A stretch of 49,165 bases of DNA, filler included, from Catajapyx aquilonaris (taxonomy: Eukaryota), in NCBI GenBank assembly GCA_000934665.2. It is 3 parts of 3 records of this genome, joined end to end, with 100 filler letters (N's around TTAATTAATTAA, not from the genome) between each part and the next. Parts side by side here need not be neighbours in the genome. Positions count along the whole stretch, not along the records: positions 16,273 to 32,257 come from JYFJ02007325.1; positions 32,358 to 49,165 come from JYFJ02007326.1; 1 more part is not named here. One strand, written 5' to 3'. Below are positions 23,601 to 35,374 of the stretch, in pieces. Numbering within the stretch: position 1 is the stretch's first letter; each line of letters opens with the position of its first letter. The position numbers and the translations under genes were made by a program. The notes under the pieces were generated by a model. That model was not told the origin of the DNA, searched no databases, and saw only the letters and a list, made by a program, of their open reading frames with translations.

Positions 23601-24934
23601 CCAACTTGGGTGTCCAGTCAGTGCTGTCTAAAGACATAAGGAGTAGAATATAGTACTTTGTTTATAGTAATTTTTGTCTCCCCACCCCCTTCCCTGAGAA
23701 GTACCCTTCATGTGCATAATTCATGATTTTTGGTTATGCCACTGTATTCCCCATCCCAAGAAACCTCTAGATCCCAAAAATCTCGCCGATAGCACTAATG
23801 ATAGCTTCCTCAGGGCCTTCGTAAAGTGGTCCATTCTTGACCTTTTGACCCCTGTATCTCGAAAACGCTTGAGATCGAGGATTTCTCCAGAAGGGTGTTG
23901 TCCTTCTAGCTGATAAGGAACCCGAAAAAAAGTATTTCGCCTTGAACTTCGAGTGACACTTCGAGAGGTTCCCTGTCAGATGATTCACCATGTCACGAGG
24001 AACTTCCGCGAGCGCTTGGAGCAATGTATTGGTGCCGGTGGAGGACATTTGCGTGATGTTATATTCAAGAAATAGACATGGTTTTTTGTGTTCCAGAAAT
24101 GGCAATATGTGCACATATGATAGGCACAAATAAAATTTGTGTAATCTTGTATAAGTTCTGGTATTCCTCATTTTATTTTGTACTATTTCCCGCGGACCAC
24201 CCTGTATTACTGGGTGCATGAATATATTTTTACAGATTAGATATAAAATAATGTATTTATACAGTTCTTGTTATGCTGACTGTCTTTATTCCATACTGTC
24301 AAGTCAAAAACATGAATGATAATAAGGAAGATAGGAATGAGTGGTTTTTATTCATGTTTTTGACTGGATGACATTGATCTTTACAGTTTACACAGTTGGC
24401 ATCCGAACTGCACCATATCCTGAGTCAGAAGCGACACGCTTGCGCTCCCTGGGAGCTGAGTTTATCCGCACAAACCGTGGCGGGCTCATCACCTTCCATG
24501 GACCTGGTCAGCTGGTGGCCTACCCAATACTCAACCTCTCACACATGAAGAAAAAGAGTGTACGATGGTACGTGTGTCACATAGAGCGGACAGTCATTAA
24601 AGCACTGGACAAGTTAGGAATTAAAAGTGGATTGGACCCACCAAATACAGGTGTTTGGGCTGCAGGTAAAAAGGTGTGTGCTATTGGTGTGCACGTGAGC
24701 AGATACATTACGACACATGGACTAGCACTAAATTGCAACACTGACCTGAGGTGGTTTGAACATGTTGTGCCCTGCGGAATTCATGGGAAGGGTGTCACAT
24801 CCATAACTGAGCAGCTTGGAAGGGTGGTTCCACCAGATGAAGCAGTGGAGCCACTTCTCAGTGCTTTCAAGGAAGAATTCGAGTGCGAATTGTATGACGT
24901 AGAAGAGCCATTTTGTGTTCAGGACGTGAGATAA
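20601..24934 (+). CDS. LIPT2: Lipoyl(octanoyl)transferase 2, exons 20601-20751 and 24387-24934
   Basis: LRLGLIGY..LTEHSP|VYTVGIR, RGGLITFHGPGQLVAYP, KVCAIG, THGLALN, VPCG; phase-1 intron CCTG|GTATAT...TTACAG|TTTAC. Confidence 0.95.
21930..22483. mobile_element. MITE with TA TSD (Tc1/pogo-type) in the LIPT2 intron
   Basis: TA|CTGTATTACCTCTCATAAAGCGGCAT ... ATGCCGCTTTATGAGAGGTAATACGG|TA. Confidence 0.8.
22617..24204 (+). mobile_element. Tc1/mariner-superfamily DD41D (rosa-type) element, internally deleted, with a nested insertion
   Basis: Perfect 26-bp TIR CAGGGTGGTCCGCGGGAAATAGTACA, TA TSD; FRQDGAMAH...WPTRSPDLTAPDFFLWGYLK with 41-residue D-D spacing and an in-frame TGA. Confidence 0.88.
23150..23975. 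mobile_element. 826-bp foldback element (~385-bp near-perfect arms), 3-bp TCA TSD
   Basis: TCA|CAGGGAACCTCTCGAAG ... CTTCGAGAGGTTCCCTG|TCA; excision restores the host transposase frame (I-P-T-Q-M-I). Confidence 0.92.
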
Positions 24935-26710
24935 GATTGACAGTGCATGGTAGATTCTGTTGAAATGGCCACTACTGATTTGTAGTTGCTGTAGAATGTG
25001 ATCTGTGAGTGTAGGAAAAGATAGCAAAAAATAAATGATTCTTTTTTATTGGATTTTTAAATATATTTTAAACTTGAGGTTACTTTTAAATATTCCTGGT
25101 AAGAATAAATGTGAAATTATAGTTCACAAGTCAAATCTTGAATCACTTCCCTATTTCCTGTGATACTAGTCAACCCATACTTGGATTGAAGGCTCTGACT
25201 GATGATGACAGAGGGGTTTTGATTGTCGCTCCTCGTTACAGCGGGATTTCTATGAGGGATGCCTTCACAGGTATGATTACCTTCCACCACTAAATTATCA
25301 TTCACAGATTGAATCATATTGAATTAATCCACAGCAGATGAAAAGGCTAGAGAAATCAGAAAATAACACTTAAAAACATATTGTATGTACTGGAAAATTA
25401 TTTAAATCAACATAAGTTACTTATTTGACATTGATGAAGCATACTGAAATCATTTTGATCTTATCTGTGTATGGATCCATGTAAGGAAGAGAAATTTGCC
25501 ATGCAATTATTATATTTTTTAAAGGTACATCCCAGCTAGTTTTATCTATTATCCAGGTCTTTTATTGATGATCTTCCCACAAAGTCAGCCAGTAAATTCA
25601 ACAAATTGCATGTTGATTGATGAACATTTCGTCTACTGTTCCACCATCAGTAAGACGTTGGAATATGGAGACATCTCTGTAAGTTGACTATTGTATTCTC
25701 ACCAAAAGTAATTTGAACACATGATACGAAATTGTTCCACAGATCCAGGGAGATGGTTCATGGGAGATATCCAACGCCGTGAAGGCGGCAGGTTTCACTA
25801 ACGCCATGGTTCTGTGGAAGCAATTCGTTCTATCTGCCTCTCAGGATGGATATATCTACATATTCAAGAAGGTGTGTTCCACAGATATTTGCTTCAACTA
25901 AAGGGTTAGAAACTTCCAAGAAATGGGTGTAAGAGAAGTGTAACTGCCCATATCCAGCCTGTAACGTAAAGAGTAACCTGCAACACTTCTACCAGTAACT
26001 GCCTGCAAAAATATGTAATCAGTATATCTGCAGCTCCTGTACAATTCCAAATTTCAGGGTAAAATCAACTTCTTTGCATAGTTGTGATTTTAATGAGTGT
26101 AAGTGGCTGCTGTCTGATTCAAAAACTATAATTTCCTGGCCATTTCAGATTTTACATAGCTTAATGCGCTGGATACCTTCTCGTTCTGACATCACGCTTG
26201 GACATTGAGTTTTTATTATAATGATTAATGATCTTATCAACAGCGACATTTCTTATATTGTTTCGGGGGGGGGGGGGGGGGNTTTGTTGCCAAATTCCGT
26301 GGTGCCGGGAAAATGCTTCGCAGCATTGCCGTTGCGCACGGAAAGGTACATTTCTCTTGTTTCAACCTCTATCCAGCTTAACAAAATACAAAAATTATTT
26401 CCGATTATCCTAGTCCCCTACTCGGGAAGTGAAGATGGCAGCGTGAAAATTCAGGGTCTTCCCAGTATGCATGAACTGCAACATTTGAAGTCAGCCGAGT
26501 ACCTTTAATTTAAAGGGATAATTTTTACTCTGGCATCAAAATTAATGCCTTTTTGTGTAACATATGTGGGAAAAGTTTACAGGCTGTGAATCTAGTTTTG
26601 AAATGTTTAATGTACAATGTCATTTAGTGGTGCGGCGCTGTTGCTAGTATACGTCAATCACTGAATTGTTACCCAGTTTTTACCAGGGTTGCTCTAAATT
26701 TATCCAGTAT

Positions 26711-27073
26711 GGGGGAGGTGTGGTGGCCGTGATGGTAACGTCACGGCTTGCTGAGTGAAAGGCCCCAGGTTCGATCCCCGCCTGGGGAACTTTCCTTTCA
26801 CCTTTGTCAGGAGGGTCTCTGACCTGCACCAAGGAGGTGTCTGGCAACCTAACCTCCTGGGGGACAGCACATGGCCCAATAGCAAATGACACTGCACCTT
26901 GCACACATGTTCCCTCCCCAAAAATCCCTATCCTTTCCCATTGTCCTTGTTTCCTTGCACCGGTGAATGAAGAGAAAAATATACAGAAAACTGATGGTGG
27001 TATGCCACCCCCCTATAGCTCCCATAGAGGGACATCACGGGGTAATATTTTTTAAAAAAATAATAATAAATAA
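26711..27073 (+). mobile_element. tRNA-derived SINE, family B
   Basis: Homologous to 7619-7963; A/B boxes; TSD ATCCAGTAT. Confidence 0.85.
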
Positions 27074-27215
27074 ATCCAGTATACCAGTAATGTTTAATTG
27101 AGGGCACAAAAGTAAAATTTTCCCACAGTTAGCATTCATAAGATAGGTCATGATTTAATTTAAATTGATCATTTTTACTCTTGTATAAGATTTTGAAGTC
27201 TTTTTGTGTAACATA

Positions 27216-28085
27216 CAGGGTGTATCAGAGTCATGGGTCAAGCGCACGCGAGGGGGTGGGGAAAAATCGTTGGTGGCGATAACCCCGGTTGGTTTGATAA
27301 AACAATTAGAAATAAGGGAGTAATCGATTTTTGATTACAGCAATATGGCGTGACGTCACATCCTTGACGTTCGAATTGAGAGGTGCGGAAAGGCGAGTAC
27401 GGTGCGTCCAGCGGCTCTCTAGCCATGCCGGTTGCACTGAACAAGGTGCTCTCATGCTCTCCCGCCTTCCCACGCAAAGCATGGGACCGTGCTTGGACCT
27501 CGGCAACCCCTCTTCACGACCTGCCCATGCAACGGTGCACCAGGAAAAGGCGGAGGATGTCGAGCACCGATGTCTTTGTACAAGTGTACAGGCAGGAATG
27601 ACAGTACGCATACCATGTAGACGTAATCCTCATCGGAAAACCGCGAATAAGGTTTCCTGCGGTGGACAGACGGCTGCGTGAGGCCGGTACATTGCGAGGC
27701 AGGCGAGATACGTCAGGTACGTACAGTTAGTACAGTGTCTAGTACACCGGTACTGTAGTACAGCACTGCACTGGCTGGATAATGCCTGTGTACAGTAGTG
27801 TACGGTACTGTAACAGTACTGTATCGCACAATGCACCTCGTACCGCACCTACAGTACCATGGCAATGGACGAAGACGTTCTGGACATGCTAGACATGGAC
27901 CCATTGATCAGCACCCGTGAAGTCGGTCGTAGAGTGCACAGCATTCATTCCAATGTGTGAAGGATCATCCATGACAGCATCCGAGCGAATGGTTGCCAGT
28001 TCCAGCATTTGCTGTAGTCACGGTATGCGTACTGACAGTATGCATACCGACTTCACGGGTGCTGATCGATGGGTCCATGGCTATT
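27216..28085 (+). mobile_element. Decayed Tc1/rosa-like element 5' part with a local inverted duplication
   Basis: TA|CAGGGTG start; EDVLDMLDMDPLISTREVGRR HTH-like segment (27870-27960), mirrored on the minus strand at 28045-28080. Confidence 0.55.
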
Positions 28086-28107
28086 TTGAGCTTCAGACCT
28101 GGAAGTG

Positions 28108-28495
28108 ACATACCTGCTCCATGCTGTCCAGATGCGGGCTTAGTCCTCCATGGCAACAATATCTTGTGCTCAATGATCACAGCCACTGTACTGTACTGGG
28201 AGCAGGTTGAACATTGTGTTGAACATCTCCCATATCTTGATGGTGAACCTCTTCTTACATTCGGTCAGGAATCCATAGTCCTTGTTGATCGAGGCGCACT
28301 CGTGGTTGCTCCTTGACATGTAGAACTGGGTCGGATACCTCACCTTATAGCACAAAAGAAGCATTATCACCTCCAGTGAGTTTCAGCCTTGATCCATGTA
28401 GTCTCCTAAGAAAAGGTACCTGCCGGATGGACAGGAGGAACGATCTATACTACGCGAGGAAGTGGAGAGCATGTCCGAGTGCATCTGACCATGGC
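28108..28495 (-). pseudogene. PP1-type (PPP family) Ser/Thr phosphatase pseudogene fragment
   Basis: HGQ..., [50 protein letters not shown].IKIW, then after frameshifts CHGGLSPHLDSMEQ; internal stop and frameshifts. Confidence 0.85.
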
Positions 28496-29028
28496 AAAGC
28501 CAAATAACGTTCGTGACAATTTTCAGAAAGGGACACCTGCCCACACCTTCTCTCCCTCCCACCCAATGAGCCTCGAGTATCCCTATCTATCCTACCACTG
28601 ATTGGTGCTTCTATGAAAGGTCACCTACGCTACATGCGTCCCTTTCTCAAAATTGTCAGACCATACCTACCACCACTTCTCTGCACCATCATCCCTCTAC
28701 TCTGGCACTTCAGTGACTGATGTGCTGAAGAGAGAATCCAGTAGGCTGAAAATTATAAACTACAGTGCCCTTTAGAGGTGTGGCGACAAAATCAGGCCTT
28801 TCATATCAGAGGCTTGCTTAATTTCTGAAGGGTGACAACAATGTAGCCTGCATGTGCCATGATGTGTTTATAAAATCAATACAAACAAAACCCACTATTT
28901 AAAATCTTGTTTATTTACAGTCACACGATTTTTAAAATTCCATCCAATATGCAAAGAAAATAATTATGGTCCTTTATTTACAGTCAGACAGTTAAAGCCT
29001 CGGTTACACATTGATTATAAAAAGAGCA

Positions 29029-29324
29029 TCACTTGTACCTAATGCTTCCTAGTAGTGACCCTTGTGGCAACAGGAAACCAGTGCAGGATACAGGGGTCCC
29101 AAACCCAGAGTCCTGACTCATGCACCTGTATCTACCTAGTGTGTTGACAGAGCAGCTCTGGGTCAATCCTGAGGAGTCAGGTGACCCATAATGGTGGACA
29201 TCTGGAACTGCCAATGGAGTAGTCTCTTCATCTTCCGTGTCACTTAAAACTTGGGCCATGTGAGGCACAAATGATTCCGGCTGTTGGCATAAATGACACT
29301 TAATTAAAGGACTCTTACAGTAAC
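29029..29324 (-). other. Candidate terminal exon of an unidentified (probably decayed) gene
   Basis: TTTTTAG acceptor, ~98 open codons (YCKSPLIKCHLCQQP...SQDSGFGT...), AATAAA on minus at ~28910; upstream exon-like DNA is frameshifted and MITE-interrupted. Confidence 0.3.
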
Positions 29325-29541
29325 TAAAAATAAAAGATGTGAAATCTCTTGACTAAATGTCACCAAGAGAATACAAAAAGCTTCAGATAGGTCATACAGG
29401 CTTCCTAGAAAGCCATGCCTTCATGCTCAATAAAATCTAGTGCTTCACATCCTACTACAGCTAGAAAAACAGTAGTGGTTCATATCCCACATTGCAGCTA
29501 TGGCTTTTTTTCAGGCAGCATAGGGCACAAGAAGTTCCTAA

Positions 29542-29754
29542 AGGCCGGTATCCACGTACAAGATTTCTCGCATACGAGGAGCCAACTGTGCATGCCTGGA
29601 TCCGAGGAACGAGGAAAAGTTGAAAATTTTCAACTTTAATCCCCTTTTCGAGGGACAAGAGGGGCCCTGAGGCGACAAAGAATCCGTCTCGATGTACAAG
29701 ATTTCTCGCGTAAGAGGACTCGCATACGAGGAACTCGCACGTCGATACCAGCCT
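29542..29754. mobile_element. PIF/Harbinger-type MITE, TAA TSD
   Basis: TAA|AGGCCGGTATCCACGT ... ACGTCGATACCAGCCT|TAA; internal CTCGCATACGAGGA repeats. Confidence 0.75.
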
Positions 29755-30394
29755 TAATGCTTCTTGATTCTTTCTGCAGATGTGACCTATAGAGATAAGT
29801 TCTTTCCAGAAGTGATCCAAAATGATTGCTGCTGGTATAGAACTTCCCTTAGGCCCAATTCCTCAATGACTGCAAAATTAATGGGTTGAATTTTGAATAA
29901 CCCAATAGTCGCATTATTCAATGAGCCTTGCCATGAAAATACTATTTCTGCATTCTGAAAAATGAATTAAAATATTTTTTCTCTTATGCATGAGTGTGCA
30001 GAGACTTTTGAATCAGGGCTTGTATATCCAGAGCTGGTGTTGTCAGATAACTTGGCTCCCTGGAGCCACACTAGTGTCTTCCCATTATACTCGTAGGTCA
30101 CAATGTAAATGTGTAAGGGTCCAAAAAAAATTGTTTCTAGCTTTGCATTAACATGAGTGATGTACAGGGTAGTCAGCAGGATTACAATTTTTCAGCTGAC
30201 AATTTCATGGTTTCTGACCTGGCTATATTTCAGAAAGCTAGCAACATTTCCTTTGCATGTGAACCCCATTCTCTCCCCTCAATCATTTGGTAGATCACTG
30301 GCAGTGGCATTTTCAAATTTGGCTCCCTGCAATAGTATAGGGATAATTTGATCCCGCATTCAGATCTTCCCTTTCAACAATGTAAAGAGGATAT

Positions 30395-31165
30395 GTGGAG
30401 TGACCAATCAAAACGCAACAAACGCCAACAAAGCCATTTCGAGATATTCAACAAAAACCTATTGCTCCCAAATGGAATGTGACCAAGAAACAAAATGTGC
30501 AGTACATTATGCCCATATGCACAGGTGGTTAATGGTGTATGTTAATGAAATCAGGAATTGTCTAGTCACGAGAAAAAAAATAATCAAAATTTGACTTATT
30601 GCGTTTTGATTGGGCACATGTGTCAGATGTTGCGTTTTGATCGATCATTATCATTGGCCGTATTATTACACTGTGATAAATTCTTAGTTTCTTCTATCAG
30701 CAGGAACCATGATACCATATCCTTGACACTAATTATTATCTAAACACAATGCTAATCACGAGAACATTATTAGCTATTTTTTTAAATTTTTATTACTTAT
30801 ACACCCTTCGGGGTTGGAGTGAGTCGATGAGAACAACATACGTACTACTGTAGTAGTAGTACTGTGTGGGTTGGTTAGCTTACTCTATGGGGTTGGTAAG
30901 ATATTGGCGGCCATTTGTAACAGTTGCGCATCGCACTCTCTCATTGGCTGCTTGGTGCATCTTGCGTTTTGAAGTAGCCGGTATGGGTCACATATTGCGT
31001 TTTCAAGCAACACTCCATTTTTCAGCCCTTATAACACGGTAGATATTGCATTTAGAAATGTCACAATCTAACACGCACGTAGACCCGAGCCTCAAGGATG
31101 TGCTACCACCTATAACTCGATTTTGAAAATTTTGGCATTTGTTGCATTTTGATTGGTCACTCCAC
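30395..31165. mobile_element. Non-autonomous TIR element with ATAT flanks (Sola1-like AWWT TSD)
   Basis: ATAT|GTGGAGTGACCAATCAAAACGCAAC ... GTTGCATTTTGATTGGTCACTCCAC|ATAT. Confidence 0.7.
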
Positions 31166-31187
31166 ATATCATGGTACCATGTACGTG

Positions 31188-31950
31188 GGTTGTTTCATAA
31201 GTCGTTGCACGTATTTTTTAATTCAAAAATGGTAGCACATACAGAGATGACCTTTGCTGAGTTTTGAAGCACTGGCGTTTACAATTTGATCTAGCATAAA
31301 AGATGTCGCCCATATCGCAAGGGAGGCAGGGAAACAAAAGGGGATCATGACCCCCCCACTGCACCATCGCCCTAAGAAGGGTTGAGCCTGACGCGCTTGG
31401 AGCTGTTGGACGCTGCATGCTGGACACTCTGCGATGGACAACACCGGAGCTTGCTTTCGAGTGTGGGACAAATCAGAGCACTACGACCAGAGCCATGATT
31501 GTGTCATCCATCGCCACAAACCGTTTGAAAAAACCATCACCCTCAATGCGATCGAGTTCCAAGCGAAGGCAAAATGATGGCTCTTTTGCACCTCAGAGAG
31601 ATGGTGAGGAACCAGTGAGGATGTCAACTTCCTGAGACCTTTCAGTCTTTCCGAGTCCTAAGCATAGTGCTCCGACTCGTCCCACACTCGAAAGCAAGCT
31701 CCATCTCCGAGTGTCCAGCATGCAGCGTCCAACAGCTCCAAGCAAATCAGGCTTTGGCCTTCTTAGGGCGAAGGTGCAGTGGGGGTGGTCACGATCCCCT
31801 TTTGTTTCCCTGCCTCCCTCGCGATATGGGCGACATCTATATGCCAGATTAAATTGTAATCACCAGAGCTTCAAAACTCAGCAAAGGTCATCTCTGTATG
31901 TGTTACCTTTTTTGAATAAAAAAATATGTGCAATGACTTATGGAACAACA
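31188..31950. mobile_element. Foldback (~280-bp arms) built from a mariner-like transposase fragment
   Basis: 31188-31470 inverted at 31675-31950; minus strand reads ELDRIEGDGFFKRFVAMDDT...FVPHSKASS, resembling the mariner first-Asp region. Confidence 0.6.
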
Positions 31951-32257
31951 CACATACAATCATTATTTTATTGCATCACCCCCTCTATCATATTGTGTCA
32001 TACCCCTGTATACATCCTCTCCATGTCATGAATAAGGAGCAGTCTAAAAAATGTGCAATCTTAGGACACCTACAGCAGCAGTCTCTAACCAATGTTCTGT
32101 GGTTTCAAAGGTTTCTGGAAAAATCATAATTAGGCCCGTATACATAATGGATTTTCGAATGCGGAGTCAGAGTTAACCCCGAGTTGAGAGCGAGTTGACT
32201 CCGTGTTCGTATACATAATGGGAGTTTAACTCCGCGCGGCGGAGTCGAGTCGGGGTC

Positions 32258-32357
32258 NNNNNNNNNNNNNNNNNNNNNNNNNNNNNNNNNNNNNNNNNNN
32301 NTTAATTAATTAANNNNNNNNNNNNNNNNNNNNNNNNNNNNNNNNNNNNNNNNNNNN
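32258..32357. other. Assembly gap with TTAATTAATTAA linker
   Basis: 100-nt N run with the same spacer as the first gap. Confidence 0.95.
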
Positions 32358-32778
32358 CCGGGTCTTTTTCCGCTTTTCACCCGACATGCCGGGGCAGAAT
32401 TGCACTCCCTACTCTGCCCGGGGCCAGCAGAAAATGTCTGGTGTATTTCACAGAGTCAGAAATTACTAATATTCAGCACCCTCCCTTGGGAACTTCCCCT
32501 TCCCCCTAAGAGGGCTCTGCCCTATCACGGGGTTTTAAAAAAAGAAGAAAAAAGAAGAAGAAAAGAAGTAGGATCCTTTCAGTATATGTTCCTGGGCTTA
32601 GCTCAATTTTGACATTTTTGTGGGTTGACCCATTATTGCATAACACCGTCCATTTAGGCTGACACTTGAAGCTAGGTAGGCAGCAAGAAAATTTTTATCC
32701 AAAATCTACGTTTTCGTGTTTTTTTTATAGATCACTGGCATGGTTGTAAACAGCTCCCCGCAACTAGCTCTCTTTTCC

Positions 32779-33168
32779 CATGCGCTTAGCTGGTCCACTA
32801 TCCCTGGAGGTAGAGTCCGAATACCCGGATGTAGAGCCACGTATCAAATCGCATTCTGCCAGACGTCTCTGAACCATTCTGAACCTACCTAGATTGTCAA
32901 CTCCCAATTAGCTCCTGTTTGCAGATCCACCCATCTCCCACCAATTGGAACTGTCCAAATCGCATTCAGGTGGCTGGTGCGGTGGATCTGCGAACAGGAG
33001 CTGATTGGGAGTTGACAATCTAGGTAGGTTCGGAAGGGTTCAATGACCCCCACCCCCACCCCCCCCCCAAAAAAAAAAAAAAAAAAAANAACAGGTGTTT
33101 TGATCCAGGGCTCTATATCCAGGTTTTTGGATTCTACATCCGGGGATAGCGGACCAGCTAAGTGCATG
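32779..33168. mobile_element. Foldback MITE with two nested pairs of inverted arms
   Basis: CATGCGCTTAGCTGGTCC../..GGACCAGCTAAGTGCATG and GAACCTACCTAGATTGTCAACTCCCAAT../..ATTGGGAGTTGACAATCTAGGTAGGTTC. Confidence 0.75.
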
Positions 33169-34933
33169 GCCTAGATAGGAAATTGTGGGGGGCTGGTTGT
33201 AAATGTGTACCCTTTAACATGTATTCAAGCATAATCATGGTTAGACTCTGATACTTCCTTTTGGAAATGTATTATGAATAATTGTGAGTAATCACAATCA
33301 GTATATGCTTCAAAAGGAGTGATCTACACCTCCGATTTTTCCATGTTCTAATGAACAAGCTTCAATACAAAAAGGGTAGCTAGTTGGCTGGTTTAGTACT
33401 TACATTGCGTGTGTTTTATACTTTTATTAATTGAAAACTTGAACCTGGCTTGCCACATGTAATCAGATATGAAATTGCTTTCAAATTAATAACACTAACT
33501 TGCACAGCACCTAGTTAATAATACTGCAACTCTTGTACAGTACAGTATGATCAAGCTTGCAGCCAAATACAGAAGCACAGAAGCACAGCATTGTTATTTC
33601 TCTGAAAAATTCCTTGCACCTAGTCCATCTGGATCTCACCTTAGAAATATAGGTGGTAATGTTTCCTCGCCTTCCTGTAATATATCTAATGTTCCTTGGT
33701 CTCCTTGCACCCAACAAGGTGGCCCAGGCATGAAGTTTCTTCTGTAAAACTACAGAAAGTGTTGTTCACTTTCAATTCCTTGTACGAGACTTGAACAGGG
33801 ATCACTGTCCACAGTTTATTGAACATGGTCTGCATTTACAAGACTGAGCAAATTACAAGATCACATTCTTTGTTTCCCACATACAAAAGTACAAGATGAT
33901 TACGTCAAAGCATTTACTTTTTCTGAGACAGTTGTACAGGTAACAAAGTAACAAGGTAAGGTAACAAAAGCTACCAGGTTAGTACGTACATGTAAACTTT
34001 GGGATGCTGTTGATAACTTATGGGCTAATATCAACTAAAGAAGCACAATCAGCTGCTTCACACTGCCTTCTGCACACTTACATGTAAAATCCCATCAACA
34101 TCACGTGAGAATAAATACACAAGATATTCTTGGTAGTACCATAACATGAGATGCAGTGTTCTACAGAGAGTACAAAAAGTCTACTTCCAAACTTCCTTCA
34201 CACACTTTGCAGGGGGCTGTCACCTATTACTGTTTTTACACATCTGTCATCCTTTTCAAAGCCTCATGTGCCACGATAATAGAATGCGATATAGGACTTG
34301 TTGCACACAATGGTGCCTGCTATTTCAGAGTTGTCACTTCGATGTGATAGAATCAATAGTTTAATCTTGGGCATAAGTCTCAGAACATTTATGATGAAAC
34401 GCTGCCATACATGTTGCTCATTTTATTCCCATTTCACAAGAATTAATAATAATAATATATTATTATTATTATTATTACTCAAAGAATATTGAAATAAGTG
34501 AAGTAGAGTTTTTGAAACTCAAATAGTTTCTTATCCAAGATGACTTTCAGAAACATCCTGCATATGTTCTTGATAAATATGCACCTCAACCTATGCATTA
34601 ATGTATATATTACATGGCATTAAGTTCACACTCAAGAAGTGCTTATGAAAATGAGCAATAAAATTAAGTTAAATTGAGCTGCTAATGCAAATGAATAGTT
34701 TTTAACTTGAAGTCAGTGTGCTAACTGTAAGCCAGTCTGAACTGCATTACTGGTAAGCAAACTGCTCTGAAGTAGCCATAAGCATAAGCGATATTACACA
34801 TTTACCATGCCACTCTCAGAATTATCCCAGTTCCATCTAACCAATACATCAAGTAACTCAGACACCCATATCAAGTCGATTCATTGTAGTCTGAACTTGT
34901 AATGAATCAATGTAGATACCAACCACAGTCGAA

Positions 34934-35297
34934 GAATAGTAACGTCTGGTGACTCCCCTCCTATCGCCTTTGAGGGTCTGATGGGGTGGTTTGCAGCAGG
35001 TGGCCTCATGACAGCACTTTTCTTCAAGGGCTAGACTTGTGGTGCCCCCACCGGACTCCTCTGAACTTTCGTAGAGTGGAGCTCCATGAGCGCTCACCGA
35101 AGGGTGTAGTAGTATATTTACTCTATGGCGCACACGGAGCTCCTCTTCTACATAAGTTCAGAGGAGTCCGGTGGGGTCGCCACAGGTCTAGCCCATGAAG
35201 AAAAACGCCAAAAGCGCTATCACACAGCCACCTGCTGCAAACCACCATGTCAGACTCCCAAAGGCGTTAAGAGGGCAGTGACTAGACCTTACTATTC
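34934..35297. mobile_element. Imperfect foldback element (~160-bp arms)
   Basis: GGTGGTTTGCAGCAGGTGGC/GCCACCTGCTGCAAACCACC and CACCGGACTCCTCTGAACTT/AAGTTCAGAGGAGTCCGGTG pairs. Confidence 0.75.
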
Positions 35298-35300
35298 TTA

Positions 35301-35374
35301 TGCCCGATTGCACCAACATAATTACTGATTAACGAAATTATCGAATCGGTAATTTCAGTTGGTGCAATCGGGCA
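35301..35374. mobile_element. 74-bp Harbinger-type mini-MITE, TTA TSD
   Basis: TTA|TGCCCGATTGCACCAAC ... GTTGGTGCAATCGGGCA|TTA. Confidence 0.75.

Noticed and set aside
22993..24219. 149-150 aa mirrored ORFs on both strands
   Set aside because: Artefacts of the palindromic foldback element
25117..26205. Exon-like, codon-like minus-strand sequence convergent with the LIPT2 3' end
   Set aside because: All frames are broken by stops and no family motif was recognised; may be a decayed gene but cannot be supported
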